This document shows, piece by piece, positions 44,491 through 56,100 of a stretch of 64,000 nt of DNA. Both the position numbers and the translations under genes were made by a program. Position 1 is the stretch's first letter; the number at the start of each line of letters is the position of its first letter. Under the pieces are notes generated by a model. The model saw only the letters and a list, made by a program, of their open reading frames with translations, was not told the DNA's origin and searched no databases. Source of the DNA: Lepidodermella squamata (taxonomy: Eukaryota; Animalia; Gastrotricha); the NCBI GenBank assembly GCA_047495785.1, contig JBLDXI010000019.1, forward strand, positions 2,418,001-2,482,000, in the 5' to 3' direction.

Positions 44491-45585
44491 ATGGCTTCTA
44501 GCAATGCTCCTCGTGAGATCTCCGTGTCGTGGGAAGACCATTACTCGATGATTGCAGCTCTCAGTCACAAACACAGCGCAGATTCTTACCCACACATACC
44601 GTCAGGAGGAGCCTGTTTGGTGGACAAACGGAAAGCGCTCGTCAGCATCGGGTTCAACAAACCGGCGAAAAACTTCAAACTACACGAAAAAGATTTTATC
44701 CACGCTCCTGTTGATGCGCTTCTTTCAGCCAATATATTAGATCGCGATGTCAAGGGAGCTTATCTATTTACAACTGTTTACCCTTGCCCGCATTGCGCTC
44801 AACAGTTGATTTCTGTCGGGGTGCAAGGAATCAACGTCATTGGTGTGACGGATAGCGACAGCCAAAAATCATGCGTCGACCATCCTGGCAAAGCATGGAA
44901 TCAACTCGTTGGACGACGGGATGACAAGGACATTTTTCTATCTCAAACGAAAATCGTCGTTGAATGTATTTGCCACCAAGCAAATACGATTCTTTCGAAT
45001 CGAATCAGAGTCAAGCTAAATATGGAGCAAACTAGTGCTCTGCCGGACCTGAAGGGTGACAATTTTTATAAAGCTCTCGCCCTTGCTGCCGAGAATCGCA
45101 GTAAGGATAAGGAGTGCGCTGTAGGAGCCGTAGTCGTCAACGGAAAAGGCATGGTATTGAGCATTGGTTATAACGGTATGCCATTGGGTTGCGACAATCT
45201 CAACATGCCGTGGCAGAAAAATAAAAAGAAAGGAGATCAATCCATTAACATTGCGCATTACAAGGATGCGTATGTTATGCATGCCGAGCGCAATGCTATA
45301 GCCTTTGGTCGGGTTTCGAAATACAGCCATACAGATCCGGACGTGCGTATGTTCTGCACCCTTCAGCCTTGCTTATTCTGTCAAAAAGCCATGGCTGAAG
45401 TTGATATTTTGCGGACAAATTGCCTTTATGAGCGGACAGCTTCGCAAAAGAATAGGCCCGATGCGGTTCAGGTCATGGAAATTCAGATTTCGGACATTTC
45501 ATCCGGAAAGCCAGCCAAGGAAGTTCCCATTGTCTCCTTGGCTAGCCCGTGGAATAACCTTGCATATTTGCAAGGTGACGCCTAA
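44491..45585 (+). CDS. Tandem two-domain dCMP/cytidine deaminase (DCTD-like x2; CDADC1-like architecture), intronless CDS
   Basis: Domain 1 GACLVD..SIGFN..HAPVDA..PCPHC; domain 2 RSKD..VGAVVV..SIGYNGMP.GC..PW..HAERNA..PCLFC. Confidence 0.88.
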   Translation: MASSNAPREISVSWEDHYSMIAALSHKHSADSYPHIPSGGACLVDKRKALVSIGFNKPAKNFKLHEKDFIHAPVDALLSANILDRDVKGAYLFTTVYPCPHCAQQLISVGVQGINVIGVTDSDSQKSCVDHPGKAWNQLVGRRDDKDIFLSQTKIVVECICHQANTILSNRIRVKLNMEQTSALPDLKGDNFYKALALAAENRSKDKECAVGAVVVNGKGMVLSIGYNGMPLGCDNLNMPWQKNKKKGDQSINIAHYKDAYVMHAERNAIAFGRVSKYSHTDPDVRMFCTLQPCLFCQKAMAEVDILRTNCLYERTASQKNRPDAVQVMEIQISDISSGKPAKEVPIVSLASPWNNLAYLQGDA

Positions 45586-47102
45586 ATTGCGTCTCATGAT
45601 TAAATCAAACAACAGGGCTGCCTGCAGAAATAGGTCTTACAAGCTGAATTTTGTTATTCGAGGACTGGTCGAGTGAATGAGGACAGTTAGTGAAAAATGA
45701 GGCAGTTTTGCTGCAATAACGGCAAATTTTGATTTTCAGATTGTTTGAGACGCAATTTTTGGCGACACTATGTATCCAAGTAATTGTTCAATAACGAGAC
45801 CTGTAACTATTAACAGCTGCCTATGAGATCATAAATAAATACCAAAATATATGATCTGCTGTTATATAATAGAATTCGACAATCGGCATGCTTTGGCTGA
45901 ATCGCCGAATTCTTGGCTGCATCGAATTTAGCGCCCTGGTTTAATGATTGATTCTTCGATGACGCGCAATCTCGATGGTGGCCACCTCCACCATGCAGCA
46001 AAAGTGAAAGGTGGTAGATGGTAGATTAAGGGTGTCAATGAGACTGCACTTATAGCGCTCAATGACGAACTGAAGAGCGCAAGCGACCCTAAGAGCAATT
46101 AGGGACCCATCGTCTCAATTTCGACTTTTTTACTGGTCAGCAACTAATTTTAAGTTCGAAAAGATTCACCGTAAAAAAACAAGAATATTCAAGAAAACTG
46201 GGTAAGGCTGAATATTCGGATATTTCGCGTAGACGGGAAACTCGGCCCTTTCCTTAAAAGACGGGAAACCCCAATGTGTCCCTGAAAAGGGTAATCGATT
46301 CAGGTTGAATCGGAGGCACTAACTAGATTCTATCAAAATTAGTTGAAAACCTAGCACGATTCCTCGCCTCAGATTACCCAATAAGATCCATATGAAGACA
46401 GCATTAGAACTTATTGCGCGACGAATTATTTATTGATGCAATGTTTGTGAAATTCGAAATTTTCACCGAGAAGACCATTTTCTCTACGACCTGGATGGCT
46501 ATCAACCTCTTTGTGATATTGTTCGCCACCTCGTTTATCGACATTCACGTTGTCAAAAAAGTTGGCCAGACTCTTTACTTGTTAACGGTCATTTTTCTCT
46601 TTCGTGTGAGAATTCTTTTGAAATCCAGGCTGCTTAGACACAGTAAACTCTGCCAAATTCGAAAACGGTGTCTAACAAGGGTACCAATTAAGGTACAAAA
46701 GAACGAAATTTCGTTTTTTTTTTACAATTTTTCGTTTTATTTTTTTCATCTCTCATCTTTCTTTTATATTATTATTCGATATGCACAGAAACACGTAAAT
46801 TTTGTAGGCCATTGTAAATACAATAGTGAAATTAATAAAGTGCTGTGGTTATTATAATTGCAAGGCGGCCAAGATTAGCGAGATCTCATTATAACAAATT
46901 TTGTTTCCACATCTCGAGCGTTGAAATTTTTCAATCATCATCATCAATTTGGCAAGTAAATAAATAAATACTGCTGAGCAACGTTTTACAAAAACAAAAA
47001 AAAACAAAGACATAATTTTTTCATATCATCATTATCTCTCACGAAATTTGTTTCATACAAAAAAAGCACAATTTTCGGTGGCGGGGGCCTCGCGTACTAT
47101 CA

Positions 47103-50100
47103 TCATCTTTTCATAAAAGACGGCGATAGTACGGCCTTTATTGCAGGTATTTGTTTAACGTCCGACACGTAGTCGTGCCGTAGCCTAACGAGGTTTTCAT
47201 CGCGAACCACGTCGCGATCGGTCAGTGCCTGGCTGTAAGTCCGCGACAGGCTGGTGGCGTCGAACGGCCACGGGTCGCGCTGCGTGGCGATTGGGATGGT
47301 CAGGTAACGGGCCGGGATGGCCGGCACGGCGTAGTGGAAGCCGATGATGTCGCCGAATTTTACTTCGATCGCCTCGCGGTCGGTTAAATTGTGCACGTTG
47401 AAGCCGTACTGGCGAGGTTTCACGAAGGTTCTGTTGGGAGAACGCAAAAAAATTATGAATTGAAAAAAAAAATATTTTTAAGGTAAATTAGAACTCGGTG
47501 AGCAAAGGAGACTAACAATCAGGAGAAAAATTAGTAACAAAATGTTATCGAAAATATGAAAAATCAAGCCTCCAATAATTATTAGGAATGTGTATCGAAA
47601 TATTCCCAGATCGAAATATTAGGTCCCAGTACCGAATTTCTCATATTTCGACGTTTTCCTCTCTTCATCGATAGTAGAGGAAATATCGATTTAAAAATGA
47701 ATTCCTCAAGTGTAGAAAATTCCAGAAATTTACATGTTCACGAAAATCTGGAGTACATTTTCTTATTTTGCCAATTTCTGCATTGATTTTTTTTAATTTT
47801 CTAAAATAAATAATTTCCACACCTCCCAGCCTTCACCCAGAGATTTCACTCATGGAATTTAAAATTTACCGGAGAAATCCCAGAAAAATGGTAGTAATTT
47901 TGGCAATTTTCGGAATTTACCCTATTTGACCGAATTTTTCGATAATGAGGATTTTTCTGGCCATGAGACCTCTCTCATTTTAAGCACCTTGTGTTTAATT
48001 AGGGACATAATGTATTAGTATAGGATCAATTAATTTAAATATTTCGATCTTGCTGAAAACCGTTTTTAGAATTTTAAGAATTTGCACACTTCAAATTTTC
48101 AAACGAAATAAGGATTTCCTGCTAAGCAAATTTAAAATTGGCACGAAAATAATTCTACTTCGAAATCACGCCCGGTTGCCCAATTTTGCCAAGTCTCAGA
48201 TAAAAATTTACTGAAATTTGAGAAATTCTTCAAAAATTGCCCGACTTCGAAACTTCGAGGCTCATAATAAAGCGCCGAACAATTAGAAAACTGGCAAAAT
48301 GCCCCGATTTAAAAATTATTGATAAAATTAAATTTTAATAAAATTTCAATTTATTTTGTTAATTAGGAAATTGACTCACTTTCCAACAAGCCGAAATTCC
48401 GTAGTTTTATCATGCCAATCCTTGTTGCGCCTCGCCGCCAGTCTCGGCGCGATAGTCGGCCGCCACACACCCAGGTAAGCACCAGCCGCCTGGTCGGCCT
48501 CACGACTCCGGCAGTAATACACCCAACTCGTCAGGCGACCCGAACAATTAAACCTCATGTCCAAAAACAGGGTCAAATTCGGCGACATCAAATACGCAAC
48601 CTCATTGAGGACAATCGCCGGCGGCACGTGGCCTATCGACATCTGGTGGCACGCCGTACATTTCGGAACTGGCGCCGACCACGACCCGTCCTTCTGGCAT
48701 ATCGCCTCGCGCGGGCCGACAATGTCATAACTCGACTCGCAGCCGAACCTCGCGACAGTACCCTCGTGGACAGAGGACGTGTACCTGAACTCGAACTGCA
48801 GCAGGCCCGGCTCGGCGAAACTCGTCGCCTGCGTCGGCAGCGTCTCGCCTAGGGTCGTCGAAAATTCTTCATTAAACGCGAGATCCGTAAAATCCGGCTC
48901 ATTCGTCGGTTTTATCTCGTCGAGATAGAGATTTTTCAAATTTTTATGAGTCGGCATGTTGTGGTTGATGTCATCGCCTGATTCTTGATCAGTTTCGGTT
49001 ACTACGGTCTGGACAGAGTGATTGTAGTAGGTGACGAAGCCGTTGGTAAGGGATAGCATAGGGCAGGGTGACTCACAGGCTGGTACGACACTCCAGTGGC
49101 CGGAATCGAGGCAGACTACAACATCGGGTCCTCGCATTTGGAAGTTCCCGGAACACGCGTACCTAGCTGTATCGCCCGGTTTCGAGCCTTCGCCGACAAA
49201 GCTGAAACTGACCAAGGAATTCGGGACGAACGGCGCCTGGCCGCAGGTTATCAAATCGGTTGAAATCGTCGAGACCTCCATCCACGGCAGCATTTCGTCC
49301 GTGTACATGAAGTTCGAGTGGTCTTCGTCGATTTTAGTCGGCGGAGTCGAATCTATCTCGCCGACGTCCTGGCCTAGAAATTTCGGCATTTGGATCAGCG
49401 ACGCTGAAATCGAGGGTGAATTTCCGATTAGAAACGGAGGCAACGAAGAAGGAGACGGTTGAATTGTTGCGGTTGATAGTGGTAGGCTCGGCTCTTGATC
49501 GGGCGGGACGCTCATCGATTGGACCAACCCGGTTTGGATGTACGACTTTCTCGGTCCGTCGAAACTGGTTTTCGGGTGGTTTGCGCTTTTCGGGTATGGC
49601 TGTTCGTTCGTGTGGGGTAGGTTGTTGTTATTGGTCAGCTCAACGCCGCCGTATCGAGTTTGGCTGTTGCCGTAGGATTTGAAGAAGCGCGTTCGTTTGA
49701 AGACTTGCTGCGTTGGTTGGGATTCGGAGGCGCGGGCTGTTTTTGACACGCAACTCGGAACGTGTGACCATTTTCTATCGGCTAAATTGCGAAAAAAATC
49801 GAAAAATAAAATTCGATCAAGAAATTGACATGTGAAATTAAATTGAAAAATTAACAAATTAATTTCGTGCAATCTTTTTGAAAATTCAAATTTGCAAAAA
49901 AAATGATTCCGAATTAGAAATGTGAAATTGAAATCTAAACTTTATTGTGAAAAATGTGTTTAATGAATTTTAAAAATCGAAATGAAATAAGCGTTTAGTC
50001 CTGCCACAAGAAGTTTCGGTTCCCATATTTTCAAACAATTAAAATTTCAACTTTTTGAAGCCATTTTCGAAAAGTCATAAGATTTTGCGAAAACCTTGAA

Positions 50101-53100
50101 ATTCAATATTTCAAATGATATTCATTTGTAACTTACGTTGGCAAGTGACCACTGGGGATCCGACCAGGTGCCACTGAGGAGGACATTCATAGATCGCCTT
50201 TTCACCCACAGTACACATCTCCGAATTGCAAAAGATCGTAACCATCGAATTTGGAATTTCCGGCGGATTTCCACATGACATCGCTAGCAAATTTAGAAAA
50301 ATTAACTGTATGAAATAATTCAACCGCAATGTATTTACGTTGACAATTAGGTGGAATGTCGTTCCATTGGCCGGTGACTAAGCATGTGATATTCGGACTG
50401 CCATGCAGCTCGAAACCGGGCGAGCATGCATAGATAGCCTGAGTGCCGGCTGTGATTGGCGTTCGAAAATTAACTGAGCCATTATCAATCAGTTGCGGAG
50501 CAGCACAAGGAGGGGCTAAATTTGTAACAAAAAAAGATTCAAATTTGATTTTTTCGATTTTTCAAGAAATTTACGTTCGCATCTTGGCTGTTCGCTCCAG
50601 GTTCCTTTCGATGAGCAGGTTACAGTAGCTGGGCCGGACATGGTGAAACCCTCCTTGCACGAGTACACAACTGCGTTCGAAAAATTGTAGCCATCAAGCC
50701 GGACTATAAAGCTGTTATTGACAGACGGCGGCAATCCACAGGTGACCGCTAAAAACATTCACAAATAATTTCGAAAAATTGAAATTTTTCTAAAACTTAC
50801 GCAAACATCTTCCCATTTTCGACCACTGTCCATTTGGCTGGCAAACGGCCGTGTTATTGCCCTCCAAATAACTGCCATTGTAACACGAAAATAGCACAGT
50901 CGTCCCAATAGTCAATTTCTCATTTGAATAGCTGAATGAGGTTCCAGGGTGCAGGACAGGAGGGTGACACAACAATTCGCGGCAAGTTGGCGCCTGGCCA
51001 ATCCACCGGCCGTCAGCACTGCATCGAATTTCGACGTTTCCGCTAAGCCGGTACCCAGTATTGCATTGATAGGTGACTACGGCGCCGGGTACTAGGGACG
51101 AATAATTCGCGACTGAGTGCTCAACAACGGGCGGCATTTCACATTGAAATTCTAAAAAATAATAAAAATTCGAAATTATTTTCAAATTTTTCAATTCACA
51201 ATTTTTTTGTATTGAATCTTACGTTCGCAAACAGGAGGCGGTGACCAAGTCCCATCGCCGTTGCAAGTTAGTGTTGCTGGACCTTTCAGCTTGTAACCGG
51301 TCTGGCACGTGACAGAAACCGTCCGAACAACAGCTCGGCTGACCTCGGGCGCTTCAGGTGATATCGCAGGGGGTCGAATTATACCGTTCGGAATCACAGG
51401 CAGACCACCACACTCGATTTCTATGAAAAACAGTGAATTTAACAATTGAAAAATATTGTTTGAAAAATGTCATTTTTGAAAAAATTTAAAATTATGAAAA
51501 GTAAAATACTTTGAAATTTATTGAAATTCTCAAAATATTAAAAAATGCTAAAATGTTCTCAAAACTTTTTGAAATTCTAATTTGAATTTTTCAATTTCAA
51601 TTGAATAAAATTTATTTAGCGTCAAGTTATGAAAATGTCTTACCTGTGCAAAGCGGCGATTTAGTCCATGTCCCATCAGGTTGGCAAATCAACGTGTCAT
51701 TCGCGTGATCAGCGATGCGAAAATTCGGCTTACAAACAATTTTGAAGGCCGAACCCGGCGACCGACCGTCACCCCGCAACGGGATCATATTCCCATTCGC
51801 AACCGACTGAGGCGGCTGGCAGGACGATCCTAGGCAAATCGGAATTTGAAACCAAACACCAGCCTCGGTGCAGGTCGCGATTTGGAACCCCTGCAGCTGG
51901 TACCCGGCGTTGCACTGGTAAAACGCCTGGCTGCCAAACGTCGTGTCCTCATACCGGACCTCGCCGTTGTTGACCGGGGGCGGTTTGCCGCAATCGACCC
52001 GTTGACAGACCGGCAACTCCGACCATTGCCCATCACTCTGGCAGTAGGCAATCGCCGAGCCAGATAACGCGAAACCATGCTGGCACCGATACAGGGTCAA
52101 CCCGCCTATACTCGCGTTTGTGAACATAATATCAGCATTAGCGATCGACGGAGCCTCCGAGCAGGACGCGGCCGGGTAGATAGCTCCGTTATTGCCGCTC
52201 AATTTGTCAAGACAACTCGGCGGGTTCGTCCACTCGCCATTCGCGTGGCAGTGGATGGTCGGCTCCCCGACCAGCTGGTACCCGGTGAAACACCGGTAAG
52301 TCGCCGTGTCGCCAACGTGGCTCGATCCGTTCGAGAAGCCGTCTGAAACCATGGCATTCGAAACGTAAGGCACCCTGCCGCAGGAAGGGCCTAGACTAGG
52401 GTCCGTCGCGTGGTTATTACCTGACCTCGCGATCGGGGTCAAGGTCACGGTCGGCGCAGTCGCAGCGGGCGTGTCACTCACAGTTGTCCCTAATGAGGTC
52501 ATATTCGTCGACATCACCACATTATGATCTACATTCATCGCCGGTACTACTGTAGTCGAATTACCGGACCTGGTCGACGTCTCCATCGCCGTAGTGCTGG
52601 TGCTTGATATTATTAAGGTGGAATTTTCGTGACCTGCCTTATTTGACCTGACCGCAATACCATCCGGTGGCCTTTGCCCGTTCGGTAATGGCTGGTTCCC
52701 GTCGTCATTCAGCAGTCTCAAACACATTTTCTTCAATTCACTGAGGTCTGTAGCGTCTAATGCAATTCGATACGCCCCGACACAGGCGATTTGTTGGCCC
52801 TGGAATTGGCGCGGGTCACCTGTAGGTCGTTTATGTTGACCTATATAGAACCCTTGCGACATTTCCGGGTATAGATGGCCCACGTATTTTTCAGCTAATT
52901 TTTGGTCATCGAGCCATAGCGACGCCGTGCCACTTGGGAAGTTGTAGACACTCGCTAGGAAATTCCATTTTCTCAAATCGATTTTCGGCGATTTTATCTC
53001 GTTTCCAGTGTACCCGGAGTAGAGGTAGTATTTCGGCTCGTAGTAGACGTAGAGCTGGGCGGCTTGAATCCACATGTGGAAACCGAGCCGGCCGCCGACT

Positions 53101-56100
53101 GAGTCGTACTCTAAGATAGGGCCGTCGACTGCCGATGGGCCGAGGTACATGACGTAGGAGAAGGATTTAGCCGCGTAGTTGAACTGGTCGCGGTAGTGGC
53201 GAATTTCGACGTAGCGATTCGGGCCGAATTCGGCGATTGCCGCCATTGGCGCGTCCTGGCCTAGGGCGGGTTGGAAACTGAGCAGGATAGGCGCGGCGCC
53301 GTGGAACGAGTGGCCGCTGATATCGCGAACACCGTAGCGGCGGGACAGTGGCCAGAATGCGGCTAGATACTCGGATTTGTATAGCGCAGCTGAAAAAACA
53401 AGAAAAATGTTCAATTATTTACTAAAAATAAAGCCACAATTTTTTTCAAAATCTCTTTCCAACTTGATACCTTTCAATGATTTCTGCAGTTTTCAAGTTT
53501 TTATATTAATTAAATCAATTTCTAGATTTTAAATTTTAGAAAAATTCGATAAAATTGTAAAATTTCCTTGGGCATGAGATTTGGCAATTGGGAAGTGCCA
53601 ATTGGTGTTCAAAGTTTCGAATTAGGATCCTTCCAGAAATACTGAATGGGTACATCGATAGTGGTACCAATGGGAGATTACTGCTTCTTCAGCCTCCGGT
53701 TGATTTTATTGGGACAAAATTTGCTAGGTACTAGTTATACAGAGCGGAAATTCAACCAAGGGTTAAGTGTTAAGCAAAAATTGAGTTTTTAGAATTCTCC
53801 AGAATTTTGTAATTTAGCATCCAGCCATAAAACATAGGATGAAACCCAGATTTGTGAGAAAAAAATAAAAAATTAAATTTCGAGATTAAGATTGATTTTT
53901 TTCAATTTTTGCAAAGCATCAAATTTGATTTCCCAACATATTAACTGCCATGGAAAAAACTTCTTGGCTTAGATAAATTTGATCTGATGATGTCTGATGA
54001 ATACGAGTCCAGAATTCACCCAGCGCCGCTAGTGTAACGGTATCATACAAGATTCCCATTCTTGTGACCCGGGTTCGACTCCCGGGCGGCGCAATTTTTT
54101 CACTTGAAGGCGACAAGGCTACAGATCAATCGAATTCCAAGGTTCCCATTCAACCAATTTTTTGGTCAAACAATTTGTTTCGAAGATTAGGTAATCCATT
54201 TTTCAGCAGTTTCCAAGTTCAAATGCTGCTATTTTTCAGATAAATTTGAAAAATATCAAAGGATTTAGCAATTTTTAGGCCATTTTTTCTCAAAAATAAG
54301 ATGTGGAAATAGCTTACGTTCACATGAGGGCAACGGGAAGCTCCATTTTCGATCACTCTGGCAGTAGGTAGTCGACCGATTCTGCAGTAGCCTGTATCCA
54401 TTCGCACACGTATAAGTCACCGAACTGCCCGGAGACGACATGGCAAATAGACTCGTTGAATTAGTCGTCGGAGTCGCCAACGTAGTCGTAGTAGTATTGC
54501 TCCGTGGATTAGTCGGACCAGCAACTGGGACCATGCCGACTGATGATAGAATGATGGCATTAGGGATGACAGGCGGCGGGCCGCAGCTGATCATTTCAAT
54601 GCAGTCTGGCGGGGATGTCCACTCGCCGGTTGACTGGCACACGATTGAATCACTGCCGACCATTTTGGCGCCGCTGTTGCATTCGTAGATGACGACGGTG
54701 CCAGGTGAGGCCGTGCCTTTGGGCACCCAGTCGGCATTTCGGACAATCGGAGGCTCGCCACAGTTAAGGGCTAAAAGATAACATAAGAAATGTAATTTTT
54801 ACATCATTATGCCGAGAAAAAACAGAATTTTCAAGAAGTTAAGCAATGAACGACAGTTGAACATTCATGGTGAAATATTGCCTCATTTCACTCAAGTCCT
54901 TAACTCTAAGTCTAATGGGAAACTAAGATGACATTACTACTAAAAGGTTTATTCGGTTCAGAAAGAAATCATCTTCAATCTAGGCAGACATTAGACTCTT
55001 AATTTGGGATTTTTCCCAATCCTTATCAATTTAGGCTGTGTGTTATTTCCTTTGATACTGATCCCCTTTCCCTCTGTTTCCCCCTGAACCCCCTCGACCC
55101 TCCCCCATGACCCTGAGATTTTTTCATTTTACAGTTACCCGTTGCGATCAGTTTGGTAGCAGCTTTTTTTATTTGGCTTCCAAGGCTAATACTGATATCG
55201 GAAAAATAACTGATTTGTACAATCGATAATTGAAATCGATATCAACGCTGCACTTTGAAGTGTTTTTCTCAATCTCATCGCAATATTGAAAATATCAGTT
55301 AATGATTGACAAGATAATAAAACTTCTGATTTTTACCGCAATTTCCTATTACTCAATAGATCAAACTCGTTACTTTTTAAAAAATTATACCTAATTATTT
55401 AGAATGATTAAGTTATAATTTTTAGTCTTTTTCCGGATTTTTCGTTCTTTTTCTTCTCATAAACTAAATTCTTTAAGCTGATCATTACGATATCTCTCCA
55501 TTACTGGCAAAAATATAGAGTCTCGGTGATATATTTTGTGGTTGGCAGCTACAAAAACGCCATTTTTGAGCTGAGTAATCTAGCATTTAGCACTTAACGC
55601 TAGAAAAATTAGAAATAACAGCCGCTAGTCCACAGCGTCACCGCATAGTAAACAAGCGGCAACAGCCTCACAAGCGCAATTAGCGCACACGATACAGCCG
55701 CTTATGTCTACTCAACTACCAACAAGGCATCGGTGGTTCAGTGGTAGAATTCTCGCCTGCCACGCGGGAGGCCCGGGTTCGATTCCCGGCCGATGCATTT
55801 TTCTATTTGTTTTTTTTTCATTTTTTATTTTTTTTTCTCTAGATATCAAAACTGAAATTCGGAATAAATAAGAGTTGGATATTACGTGGAAAAAAATTAA
55901 TAAATTAATAAATAAAATAGATTTTTAGTATTAAACCGACTTCATCGAAAAAATGAGTTAAAAAATCTCGAAAATTGACTTGATTGAAATAAATTTTGAA
56001 CTTACGATTGCAAGTGAAAAGCGGCTTGCTCCATTGATTTTCATAACACATGATGGTCGTAATGCCGCCAACCTTCGCATAGCCCTCCTGGCACTCGTAC

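Noticed and set aside
44491-45585. Gene symbol CDADC1 or DCTD, or bacterial/viral horizontal origin
   Set aside because: Orthology cannot be settled by eye; motifs fit eukaryotic DCTD, and the neighbouring GPCR CDSs are intronless too
53919-54116. 65-aa ORF
   Set aside because: Antisense reading of tRNA-Gly(CCC) and intron sequence
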